Part shown: positions 35,079-46,270 of the stretch, piece after piece
Numbering within the stretch: position 1 is the first letter of the stretch
Layout: every line of letters begins with the position of its first letter
Assembly: GCA_963575745.1 (NCBI GenBank)
Contig: CAUYUJ010000095.1
Coordinates: 62,001-118,342 of the forward strand
Source of the DNA: Prorocentrum cordatum
Lineage: Eukaryota
Direction: 5' to 3'
Length of the DNA stretch: 56,342 nucleotides
Program-made: the position numbers and the translations under genes
The notes under the pieces: generated by a model
Database searches by the model: none
Seen by the model: only the letters and a program-made list of their open reading frames with translations
What the model was told of the DNA's origin: nothing

Positions 35079-35579
35079 AGGCGTTGGCCGAGCGGTTGCC
35101 TCGGCGTCAGCCGAACGGTTGTTGCGAACTTCGATTGCCAGGGCCTCCCCTGTCTCGGCGTCAGCCATGCGATTTGGGCGGCGCGCGCTGCGCTGCACTC
35201 CTATCTGGCGCAGTGCGCGAGCGGTTTTTTGCTCAGGATTATCGAAGGGCGCCTTGTGTTTCGGCGCCAGCCGAGCGATTTGCGTGACATCCACCCACCA
35301 GAGGGCCCCAGTGCAAGGGTCTAGTAGGCCCTGGATCGCTCGAAGCGCAAGGGTCTGGGAGGCTCTGGGTCGACCGAGGCTTCGATAGCTTGGGCAGTGC
35401 TGGACCGTCCGAAACCAGACGGGCGCAAACAACTCCAGGTCACGAAACCCATTGGCCTGGGAAGCTCTGAATAAAACCGTTCGGGCACCCACCGCGAGCG
35501 CGGGTGAGCGCACCCAAGCGCTGGCGGCGTGCGTGGGCGGAGGCGCCCGGGCACCCGCGGCGCGCGCAGGCACCCGCGC

Positions 35580-36180
35580 CCGAATTGACGGCCCGAGTTG
35601 ACCCCCCCGAGTTGGCCGCCCGAAAGTACCGACCAAAGGGGCCAGGCGAGTTGACCGGCCGAAGTGATCGGCCTAGTCGAACGGCCAAGTTGATCGGCCG
35701 AGTTGATCGGCCGAGTTAATGGGCCGAGTTGATGGGCCGAGTTGATCGGCCGAGTTGATGGGCCGAGTTGATCGGCCGAATTGATCGGCCTAGCTGATCG
35801 GCCAAATTGATCGGCCGAGTTGACCGCGCGCGCGCGTTGACGAGTTGATCGGCCCAGTTGGTCGGCCAAGTTGATCGGCCGACGCGCGCTTTGATGAGTT
35901 GATCGGCCAGATTGACCGCCCAACCGCGCGTTGACCGCCCCGCCGCGCGTTGACCAACCGAGTTGACCGCCCGGGTTGACCGCCCAGACGCGCGTTGACC
36001 GCCCCGCCGCGCCGTAACCGACCGAATTGACCGCCAAGGTTGACCGCCCAGCCGCGCGTTGACCGCCCGGCCGCGCGTTGGACCCCCGAATTGACCGCCC
36101 GAGTTGCCCGCCTAACCGCGCGCGGACCGACCTAGATCGGCCGCCCATAAGCCAGTTAACCGCCCCAGGTTGACCGCGCA
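35580..36180 (+). repeat. 13-bp minisatellite (gttgatcggccga) grading into ttgaccgccc variants
   Basis: Direct reading. Confidence 0.9.
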
Positions 36181-36574
36181 ACCGCCTCCCTCGCACGGGG
36201 CCGCGAAGGCGAATGGCGGGCGAGACTCGGCCACGACGCGCTGGGAGACACCAGCGGCCTCAGAGGCGCGTCCGATGGAAGGCCGCTCGCGCTGCGCTTT
36301 CCGCGCGCGGAGGTGCCTGGCCGTCGCGCGCGCGGGAAATCCAACGCGAGCGCCTTTCTAGCCGTCGCGCGCGGCGGCGCAGAGGCCCAATCTCGCTCGC
36401 GCGCGCCAGGCGGCGCCGCGCCGCCGCGATAGTCGAGCGTGCGAATGCCAAGTGCTGTCTGGTAGGGTTTCTCCATTCGCTGAGGGGGCTCGCCCGCCCC
36501 GCCGCGCGCTTTCCCGCGCGCCGCCCCTTCTCCCGAGGGTTCCCGGGCGACCGCGTTGACTCCCCGAGGCTCTC

Positions 36575-37190
36575 CAAGTCTCCCAAAACGGCCCCGGGTG
36601 GCAATCGGCCGCCAAGATGGCCCCAGGTTCTTTCTTGGACGGACAGAAATGGCTCCGAGACAAATCAACGCGGCACCACGGAGGCCCAGCACGGAACCAA
36701 GATGGTTCAAAGAAGCCCCCAATACGTCCCAGGACGGCCCAGGAGGTCTGCAAAAGGACCCCGAAAGACCCTAGACGACACTCGCTGACGTTGATACGGC
36801 GCTTCGTTGGTTTGGGGACATAATCGTTTCCGGCTTCAATCAGCCCGAGACGGCCAACGAAGCCTCCCACGTTGCCCTGAGACGGCCCAGGACGCCGCGA
36901 CAATGAGCCGAGAAACCTCCAGAATGCGGCACAGGACGGCCCCAAGAGAGCCCCAAGACAGCCTACGAAGACAGCCGAAGGGATCCAAGACGGCCCGGGG
37001 GGGGCCTCTCGACCCCCGACGGACCCAGGCGCCCCCGCGACGCCCCGACGAAGGCCGCAAGAGACCCAAGACGGCTCACGCGGAGCCCAGAGCAACCCAG
37101 GGAAGCCGCAAGGGGCCCGCAAGACGGCCCCACAGGAACCGAAGACTGCCCTGATACGGCCCAATTGAACTCCATGAGGGCTCTTCAAGA
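36575..37190 (+). repeat. dispersed repeat built of degenerate ccaaga(c/t)ggccc units (relatives ~45195-45425 plus, ~53790-54340 minus)
   Basis: Recurrent ccaagacggccc/ccaagatggccc and their reverse complements. Confidence 0.7.
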
Positions 37191-38187
37191 AATCCATTGG
37201 GAGTGCGCACGTGTGACAGCCAAATGTTTGTCTCTTTCGCATTATGGTCGCCGTCCTCGTCGCCGCCATCGCCGTTTCCATCGCTCGAACAGTCGCCGCC
37301 CAAAGTGCTGGACTGGCGCGGTGGAGGGACTTGCTTCTGGCAGCTGGGCGCAATGCGAAACGCACTCGGCGACGCGCACGCGGTGCTCTTTTCAGAGGAC
37401 TCGCCCACTTCCTTCGGCTGTGCAACGCGAGTCCCCGCGCAAACAGCGCGTGATATCGAAGCCTCGCTGTTGAAGATGTGCGCTCGTGCGTTCGCCCGCT
37501 TCGCGCTGCGCGGTGCGACACAATACTCGCGCAGACGAGCGCGTGCTCGCGTGCCCCGCGGCAACGAGGCCGTTGGCGCCGCGGGCCATAGAACGAACCA
37601 CGCGTCACGGGACCCAAGGGGAACCGCGCCGTCGGTGAGCGATGGTGCACGCAGAACCCAGGAAATCAAGACCGCCCCCCCGTCGCAAATCTGAAGTCGA
37701 TCTTCGTTGTTCTACCACGTGGGCCGAGGTCGCAGACAGGCGGCATCGCAAGACCGAGGCCGAAGACTAATACCGAGGCCGAAGACCAACTTGCATCGCA
37801 AGACGCAACTGCAAAACCAAGGCCGAACACCGACGCCCTGGGGCACTGGTCGAAGCCGGCAGCTGCGCCTAGACCATCGGACAACCCACCCCGAAGACCG
37901 ACGTATATGCAATAGTGAAGAACAAACGACACTTTCAAATGCACACCAACAGTACGAATATGGAGCCAGAGCTTAACCCAAACATAATTCAAAACAACAA
38001 ATTGACCCCAAAAACCTTCACACCAAAACGAAAACTGATTTCCGTTTTAATCGCTTTCCCCGCCACTTCTGGGGCCATTCCTACAGACGACCCCGTTCTC
38101 TGACCCCCGGACAAACCCAACCAAAGAGTGTCCTCACGCCGACGGCGCGAAGACAAGCGGGCACGATGGCAACGGCCATTGCAATGT

Positions 38188-38352
38188 GGAAGGGGCCCTG
38201 GGACACACAAACAAATAGGCACAAAGAGCCAGATGCCCGATCCTTTCCCATAGTTCCTGGGTTTGTGTCTCCCCCCACACTTCCCCCATTTCCCATATAT
38301 TTGCTGGGGAATCGACGATTGATTGTGTCTGTGTGTGCTCTTTTCCTCCTGA
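38188..38352 (+). mobile_element. family S copy 5 (TSD aatgt/aatat)
   Basis: Homologous to 8727-8888. Confidence 0.85.
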
Positions 38353-38471
38353 AATATACGTGTGTCTCGGGGTCTACGGACATTTGTTCGACGCAGTCCG
38401 ATGTCGCATCGTCTTGGCGCGATGGGCGTGGACGCTTTTTGTCCGCCCACCGGAGGAGGGGAACTGAGAAC

Positions 38472-38595
38472 GAGAAGGCCTTCTCAGAAGGCGGCGGGAC
38501 TTCTCAGAAGCCCTTGCGCCTTCTGAGAAGTTTCTGTTCTGTCTTCGGGGCTCAGAAGGCCGGGGGACTTCCAAACCTGCTGAGAAGGCCTTCTC
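38472..38595. mobile_element. 124-bp element with perfect 16-bp TIR
   Basis: gagaaggccttctcag / ctgagaaggccttctc. Each terminus is itself a 14-bp palindrome, and there are internal ttctcagaag repeats. Confidence 0.6.
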
Positions 38596-38683
38596 CTTCG
38601 CACTCCCCCCCTCGCTCGACGAGGAACGACGACCTGATGGCCACGACGACGGCGACGACGACGGCGGGGACGACGACGACGGG

Positions 38684-38714
<31 letters not shown>

Positions 38715-39109
38715 GCATCGATGCCGAACACGGCAGCGGCCGAGGACGACGCCGAGAAACGACGGCGGCGACGGCGCCGGCGAGGAGGAGCAAAAACAAA
38801 GGACGACGACGGCGACGATGCGGACGGCGACGTGGCGGCGGCGACGACGAGGGCGGGGCCCCCCGTCCCCCCGCCGAGCTGCCGCAGTGCCTCGGCGGTC
38901 CTTCCCAGGAGGGGCCGGGCACCGCCGCTGCTCGCCGCCAGCGGCGCTTGTCGTCGCTGGGCACTCGTCGTGCTCGTCGTCGCCCGGTCGTCCTCGGCGC
39001 ACGTCTTTTCGCCGTCGGCGCTGGCCGTGGTGAGCGCACACCGTCGCCCGACGCTCGCCGGTCGTGCTCGTAGTGATGCGTAGTCGCTGTCGTTGGCGAT
39101 CGACGTATT

Positions 39110-39560
39110 AGTCGTCGTCGTCGCCGCCATCGTCGTCGTCGTCGTCGCCGTGATCGTCTTCGGTGTAAACCCGTCCGGTTCCTGCTCATCACCATCATCG
39201 TCATCAACCTTATCATCCTCGTCGTCGTCAACATCACCACAATGCTGATGATGATGATCATCATCAGCATGAGTATAATCATCATCCACATCATCATCGT
39301 CATCACCATCATCATCACCATCATCGCCATCTTCCTGATTACCATCATCAGCATTAGCATGATCATCACAATTACCATCACCATCACCGCCATCAGCATC
39401 ATCACCATCATCAACATCATCATCGTGACCGTCGGCGTCGTGTTCGTCGTCGTCGTGATCTCGTCGTAGTGATCATCGTCGTCATCGTCATCGTCACTAC
39501 GAGATCATGATCATCCTCATCACCAGCATCAGCATCAGCATCAGCATCAGCATCAGCATC
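39110..39560. repeat. compound (GTC)/(CAT)/(CAGCAT)n microsatellite
   Basis: Direct reading. Confidence 0.9.
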
Positions 39561-40549
39561 TGCATGCTCACCCCCAAATTGTCCCCGCAAGCAAATGCGC
39601 GACAGCAGACGTCCCATTAAACCCGACGCACGGGCGTTATCCTCTTCCTCGTTGTCCTTCCTTCTCTTACTCCTGCTCTTCCTTGCTCTTCTCATCCCCC
39701 TAGCCGATTTCTCCTGACTCATCTCGATTCGTCCTCGTCCTCCACCTCGATGCTCGACCCTCGATCCTCGTCGACGACCGGCGGCCACAACGGCAGCCAC
39801 GGCTACGGCGACGGGCGGCGTCGACTCGCGGCTAGCGGCCCTCGGCGGCGGGCGGCGTCGGCGCGTGGACGGAACGCTGGCCGCGGCGCCGATCCACGCG
39901 CCGTCGCGTCAGTAGCGGCGGCGGCGTCGATTCCGCCGCCGTGGCCGCGAGCGTGCAGGCCGCGGGTGTCCTGGGCGACGTCGGCTCCGCGCCGCCCGCG
40001 GGCGGGGGAGGCCCGGAGGATGCGCTCGCCCGCTGCCTCGCGCGCCCCATCGTCGCCGCCGCGGCTGGCGCCGCCTCCGTCGCAGTCGCCGGCGCCACCG
40101 CCGTCGCCGCCGCCTCGCCCGCCGCCGCCGCCGTCGCCGCCGCCACCACCGCCATCGTCGACGGCCCACCTTCGCCGCCGCCGCCGTCGCCGCCGCCGCC
40201 ACCGCCGACGTCGACGCCGTCGCCACCGCCCCTGCCTCGCAGGCCTCGTCGTCGTCCTCGCCGCCGCCGCCGTGGTCTTCGTCTTCGTCGCCGGCGTCGG
40301 AGTCGTCGGCTGTGATGTCGATCGAAGATGCAGGAGTTCGTGAGCTTCTGGGCCTCGTCTGGCCAGGGCGGGCCCCGGGGCCGGACGAGAAGATGACGGA
40401 GGGGGGGCGGGGAAGGCAGGATGCAGGTTGAGGAGGAGGGGCGAGAAGCATGAGGAGGACCAGAGTAAAGCCAGGACGCATCAACGACGCTGTGGTGCAG
40501 CCCCTTGTCACAAGTGCCCTCCCCACGTATGCATGCAACTACAGCAGGA

Positions 40550-40715
40550 GCTCGACCACAAGAAGCCTCCCACAAGAAACCCAACCCTGAGACCCCAGGG
40601 CGTCCATTGATTTTTCGTGTGGGAACCTCACGCTGTCCATAGCAAAACCGTCGACACCGAAGAAAACCAGGGCACCCCAGAGGCAAACAGGAAGCTTCTT
40701 GGCATGGGTTTCCAC
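40550..40715 (+). repeat. dispersed repeat, second copy at ~48163-48325
   Basis: cgaccacaaga..cct.ccacaagaaa...gtgtgggaac...gcaaaaccg...ccagggcaccc..gaggcaa.cagg...ttcttggcatgggt is shared between the copies. Confidence 0.8.
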
Positions 40716-41940
40716 TGTATGCGTTACCACGGTTTTCCGCTGTCCTTCCGCCGGCTTCCGTCAGCGGAGACGCCCCCGTTTTACTTCCGCTGCCTTCCGC
40801 CGACCTTTCGCCGAGGAAGAGATGGCAAATCCTTCGATCCGCGAAGGCAAGGCCCTGTTTGGAACGCCTCATGTGGGGGCATCGTCACAAGCACTGCTCT
40901 CTGTGTGCAAACGTTTTGTTATCCCTACTGCTCTGGCTGGCATCAGTTTGGCGACGGCTCCCTCGTGCTACTGGTGTCAGACCGCCCCGCCGATCGAGGG
41001 GGAGGATCCCGATCAAACCGAAAGAAACAAGCTGGACGACGACACCACCTCGATGCAATGCTGTCAGGATGGGCTGACGCTTCGTCCCTTCCAAGACGTC
41101 ACACCGAGCCAAACTCGCTGCTGTTGACGTGTATACAAAAAGGGTATGGAACCAGCGCCTCAATACGTGTGCCAGAGGTGGTCATGGGCATGTGCACACA
41201 TCGGGGGCGGCCAAGAGCGCCTAGCAATTCAAGGGCCCCTAACAGTCTGGGAGGGGACCCAGGTTAGGAGGGCCACACACATCAGGGATAAGGGGGTCTT
41301 TTCTGCGGATGCATCAGACCACACCGCCCAGAAGTATTATCCCTGATGCAATGACGGGGACCCAAGTGAGGCCACGTCCTCTCGCGGTGATTCGGGCGAG
41401 GGGTTCCTATATCGATCCACGATGAAAGAGGATGGCGTCCAACGGGGGTGGTCCGGGGGGCAAATCATGGCCCGAGTGGTGCGCGGCCGAGGGTGGGCCG
41501 AGAGACGTGCTGCTATGGCCCAGGCCCAGGCCACGATGCCCCCCCTCCCCGACGGTCGGCATCTCCTGCGCCGCGTGACGCGGCGGCGGCCCCGGCGACA
41601 CGCTGCCGGGGAAACCAATGGCGGGCCTGTTTCCCACCGCCACCACCAGAAGTGGGAGTGGGGAAGGGGGTCCTCCTATTCCTATCCTTCCTCCCCCTCC
41701 TTATCCCTTATCCTCCAGCTCCTTCCCCCCTCCAACTGATGGTGGCGGTGGTGGGCAGCATGCCCATCAACCAAGAGGTGGCAATACCGCCGCTCCCAAG
41801 GACCTCTCCCGGGGTGCCTTCTGACAAAAGTCTCGAGGCGACTCCGGCGGTGGTGACGAGGGTCTTCCAGGAGGCCCCAAAAGAGGCGAAGACCAGGCGA
41901 GGGCAGGGGCATTGGTACCTTTTGCTCCTCCGAGCTGTAT

Positions 41941-42112
41941 CCCTGAGATCCGACGCTGCAAACAAATTGCGCCATCGCACAAAATCGAGGCCCGACCCAT
42001 GGACCCCATCTTTCAGCATCATTTTTCGAGCCAGATCGATCTGTGAGGGCCCCAGGGCCCAAATCGAGAGAAAAGCCCGTTGTCCAAAAATTGAATCGCC
42101 AGGATCTCCAGG
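41941..42112 (-). mobile_element. MITE family B copy 3 (2-bp TSD AT)
   Basis: TIR ccctgagatcc/ggatctccagg flanked by at/at. The interior is the reverse complement of 5288-5456. Confidence 0.85.
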
Positions 42113-42210
42113 ATACCGCCCGCTGTGTCATCAGGGTTAGGGGTTCTTTCATTCTCGATGACCACAGCTTCGAGCCGTGGTCGCCGCCCCCCTCTCGGGA
42201 GTCGCCGGGA

Positions 42211-42392
42211 TTAAGTCGGGCTTGTCTCCCATACAAAGGGATTTTCGACGACGAATAAAAATAGTCTAAACATATGCAAACAAAATATCGAAAAATACTC
42301 CAAAATTGAAAAACATAAAAAACATAGCCCCGTGCTATTTTTTTACACTTTTAAAAAGATACTCCCCCTGTAGAGGGACAGGCCCGACTTCA
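42211..42392 (+). mobile_element. MITE family A copy (8-bp TSD cgccggga/cgccagga)
   Basis: ttaagtcgggcttgtc...cctgtagagggacaggcccgacttca, TSD 7/8. Confidence 0.85.
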
Positions 42393-42394
42393 CG

Positions 42395-42642
42395 CCAGGA
42401 TCGAATCGGGAAGTCGCATCGGCCAGCGAGGTGATTCGGATCGGCGGGAGCCGGCAGCCGAGTCGGGAGGAGTCGAACCACCCCGACGTCGCCCCCGACC
42501 CTCAAAGAAGTCTTGGGATTGAGAAGCCGCCCGCCACTGGTAAAGTGTATGCTCCAGCTTCCGACCAGGATCGAATCGGGAAGTCGCATCGGCCAGCGAG
42601 GTGATTCGGAGCGGCGGGAGCCGGCAGCCGAGTCGGGAGGAG
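42395..42642 (+). repeat. 78-bp direct repeat pair (42395-42472, 42565-42642)
   Basis: Near-identical ccaggatcgaatcgggaagtcgcatcggccagcgaggtgattcgga... copies. The intervening segment recurs at ~51151-51228. Confidence 0.9.
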
Positions 42643-43247
42643 CCGCGTCCCGCAGGGGGGAAGCGGCAGGCCGGCGGGGCCTCCAAGGTGGGAAGCAGGA
42701 GAATCCGGAAGCGTCAGATCGAAAGCGTCAGATCGAAAGCGTCAGATCGAAAGCGTCAGATCGAATCGGAATCGGAATCCCTCCCCCTCCTCCTCCTCCC
42801 CCTCCTCCTCCTCCTCCTCCTCCTCCTCCTCCTCCTCCCTCCTCCTCCTCCCACCCCCTCCTCCTCCTCCTCCTCCTCCTCCTCCCCCATCCTCGTCGCC
42901 CTCGCAATCGAGTCGGAAGCGGAATCCACCGAGATCGAGGCAAATCGGGCCAGAAGAGTCTTTGGACGCCCGGAATGGGTACGGAAAAATGGTCACAATG
43001 CCCAACAACAAATGTTGTCCCAAACTGGCAGCGGCCGCCGTTGGGCAGGTGGCGTTGCGCCTTCAATGAACAACGTCCGCAGCGGCGCGGACAGTGAGCC
43101 CCGTTCAAGATGAACATGCTGTTGGGCATCGTACCCAGTATTTCCGTACCAATTTCGATCGTCCCGAGAATCGAAAGGAGACCCGCTTGGCCACCCCCGA
43201 CAGAGGTAGCCCAGGCTGCCTCGGAGGCGGTTTCGGCACCGCTAGCC

Positions 43248-43410
43248 TTAGGTCGGACATGTCTTCTTACAGGCGGAGTTCGGTGAACATATGCAAGATC
43301 AGCAACATACATCCCACAAATAGTCAAAGGCAGGCGAACAGTCGTCGTCTTACTTTTTGTTGCTTACTCTGCTTGACCGTTCATCCTGTAGAGGGACACG
43401 CCCGACTCAC
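43248..43410 (+). mobile_element. MITE family A copy (8-bp TSD cgctagcc/gcctagcc)
   Basis: ttaggtcggacatgtc...cctgtagagggacacgcccgactcac, TSD 6/8. Confidence 0.8.
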
Positions 43411-43589
43411 GCCTAGCCTCGGAGCGCGGGGGGCACCGGGGGCGCCGACGGAGGTGGCGCGGGGTGGGTGAGACCGCGCTGGGCCCGGGGCCCCGGGGGG
43501 GCAGGCCAGGCTGGCCCAAGCACGGCAGGCTCGTGCTGTGACGGCCCCGGCGCTGGTCTCTGACACCGCGTGGAGCGTTCGACCTTGAA

Positions 43590-43750
43590 GCAAGTCGGGC
43601 ATGTCCCTCTCTAGGAAGACTGTTCACGGGTGGTCAGAGCAACACTGTGGGGATGATGCTTCGGCCGTGTCTCAACTATGCCTGATCATTGTTTAGCTGT
43701 TTTCGTTTACTCTTCCAAAATCCGACTGTAGGAGGACATGCCCGACCCAA
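43590..43750 (-). mobile_element. MITE family A reverse copy (perfect 8-bp TSD accttgaa)
   Basis: gcaagtcgggcatgtcc...ggacatgcccgacccaa flanked by accttgaa on both sides. Confidence 0.85.
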
Positions 43751-44509
43751 ACCTTGAACGATGGGCGGCCTTCCGATCCCCGGATCGTCCCGCATTGGCC
43801 GATCGATGCCGCGCTGGGGCCGTCGCCGCGTCGACACGACTGTACCTCGGGGTGCCGTCTCTGAAGAGGCGCAGGCCTTGCCAGCCTCTTGTGCGCCGCC
43901 GCCCCAGGGAGGAGGAGGAGGAGGAGGAGGAGGAGAAGGAGGAGGAGGAGGAGGGGCCTGAGCTCCCGAACGCCCCTGACGGTGTTGTTGTAGCGCTGCA
44001 GCTGCGCCTCGGGTCCGCCGCCGCTGTGCCGTCGTCGGAGACCGGGTGGTGCAGTCCTTGGTTGAATCCCCTGCGGGTAGCCCCTTCTAAACCCCAATGC
44101 AGGGTGTTTTTCGGGACCCCCCCAGCCCCCACCCAAGAAACCCTGCCAGTGGTAGTCCCCAAAAGTGGTGGTGACAACATTCGGCGGTAAGTCTCGGGCG
44201 ATTTGGTGTAACCACCCAGTATGGGGACTCGTGCGGTTCTTCGAGGATGCCCCGAACGCTGGCGGGCCCAGGAGTCACAAAACCCGGCGGTGACCCAACG
44301 TCCCAGAAGCCGGCGGTGCCTGCTCAACACCTGATATCTCGCCACCTTCTTTGGGGGCTCCCAACAGCCGGGGGGGGGGAACCCCTCTGGGCAAAACCTC
44401 CCCTATACAGGAAGGCTGTCCTGCCCCCCCCCCTCCCTGAAGCCCCGCCCAGGGGGGCTCAAATCCGCTCCCCGAACCATTTGCAACACTTCGCCAAAGC
44501 CTCCTAAAC

Positions 44510-44671
44510 AAAAGGGGCCCAGGGACACACAAATAGACAGACGCAAATCCTAGGATCCCCAATATTTTTCAACATTTTCTCGATGGCCGTCTTCCCCCCG
44601 GATTCGCATATGTTCCTATATGTTCCTAGGAGTCGCCGATGGGTTGTGTCTGTGTTTTTTCCCCCTCCTGA
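44510..44671 (+). mobile_element. family S copy 6 (TSD taaac/taacc)
   Basis: Homologous to 8727-8888. Confidence 0.8.
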
Positions 44672-45431
44672 TAACCTCCTCTGCAGGGAGAGGGTCCTCG
44701 GACCCTCCCAGCCCCAACAGAACCTGAAGATCGGCATTTCCTGGATCGACGCGTGACGGGGGACGCATCCACGAACGGTTACAGCGCGACACGTCTTTCG
44801 TAGAGGACGCGCGGCTGCGACGCCCAAGGGAAGCAGGACACACGGATCAGGGGGCGCCGACGACGACGTCCGAAGAGAGGCGACGGGGAAGGCGACGGCG
44901 GCGACAGGGAGGACGAAGAAGCCGTGCTGGGCCTCAGGGCTCAGGTCAGCCAACGCACCACGAGCGACGACAGCAATCTCTCGGAGCAGGTTCGGGACAG
45001 CGGCCAAATATAGTCGCTCAGGACACCGGAAATTTGGCACCACACCCGATTTGTCGCACTTCGTGCTCCTGAGACAAAAGTGGGTTCGACGGCCCCTCGG
45101 CGACCGCCCGAACCATCCCATCGTTAAGGGCACGACGTTGGCAACGGTAGAACCACGGAAAATCGCTGCCGAGAATCTTGCCATCGCTCGGACGTCCCAA
45201 GATGGCTCCAAGCGGGTTCCAGAGAGTCCACGATGGCCTCCAAGATTGCTCAAGATAGCCTCCAACAAACATCCAAGAGGCCCCAAGACGGCCCCAAGAC
45301 GACTTCAAGTGCACTCCAAAGCCCTCCAAGGACCCCCCCAAGAGGCCACACTGGCTCCAGAACCAGAGGAAAAACATTGTGTGTGTTGGTCTTCTCGCCT
45401 GTTCCCGTCCGATGGGCTCTTGAGGCCTTCC

Positions 45432-45607
45432 TCGGGCCGGGCGAAAGGGGGGGATAGCAAAGGGAGGGTTTGAGAATCAGCTCACGTGGCTGATGTTCCC
45501 GGCGCCTCCCGGCGCCGGAGGCGGCCACGTATCGAGAAAACGGACCCCTCGGCGGGGCGGAATTCGTGACCTCCCCTTTCCCCATCCCCCCCTTTCGTTC
45601 GGCCCGA
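45432..45607 (+). mobile_element. MITE with ~36-bp TIR, copy 2
   Basis: Homologous to 27367-27561 along its whole length, including both TIRs. Confidence 0.8.
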
Positions 45608-45632
45608 CCTGCGATGGCCCCAAGACGGCCCA

Positions 45633-46270
45633 TCCTCCTCCTCCTCCTCCTCCTCCTCCTCCTCCTCCTCCTCCTCCTCCTCCTCCTCCTCCTCCTCCTC
45701 CTTGAAGGGGGCCCACGAGGGCCCCAACGAGCGCCCAAGAGCGCGCCCCAAAGAGGGCCTCCCCGGAGCGGACCCCGAAGGGGGTCGCGCGGGCGCCCCT
45801 CCCTGCAGGGAGATCTTCGCGGCACGAGGCAGCAGCCACGGGATTACACGAGGCGATGACGACTGGCTGCCGCTTGTCCCGCCGGAGGGGAAGGGGGGGG
45901 GACGAGAGAGGAGGAGGAGGAGGAGGAGGAGGAGGAGGAGGAGGAGGAGGAGGAGGAGGAGGAGGAGGAGGAGGAGAGCAGGAAGGAGGAGGAGGAGGGG
46001 AGGAGGAGGAGGAGGAGGAGGAGTCTCGCGTCTCACCTTCTCCCTACTCCCCTCCTACCTTCTTGCACCTGTTCCCTGATGCGCCCCCCTCGTCACCCAG
46101 CCGAGGCGACGAGGGCAGGACAGGTGTGCTTGGCTTCGGGATCACCTTCATCAGCCGTGAGTCAGTCAATCAGGAAGAGGAGGAGGAGGAGGAGGAGGAG
46201 GAGGAGGAGGAGGAGAAGGAAGAGGAGGAGAAGGATGAGGAGGAGGAGGAGGAGGAGGAGGAGGAGGAGG
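45633..46270. repeat. (CCT)n 45633-45701, (GAG)n 45908-46022 and 46172-46270
   Basis: Direct reading. Confidence 0.95.

Noticed and set aside
34124..35388. 387-390 aa Arg/Ala-rich ORFs, or a CRISPR call for the palindromic array
   Set aside because: The ORFs arise from a very GC-rich tandem repeat that is open in most frames, and the linkers are homologous to each other.
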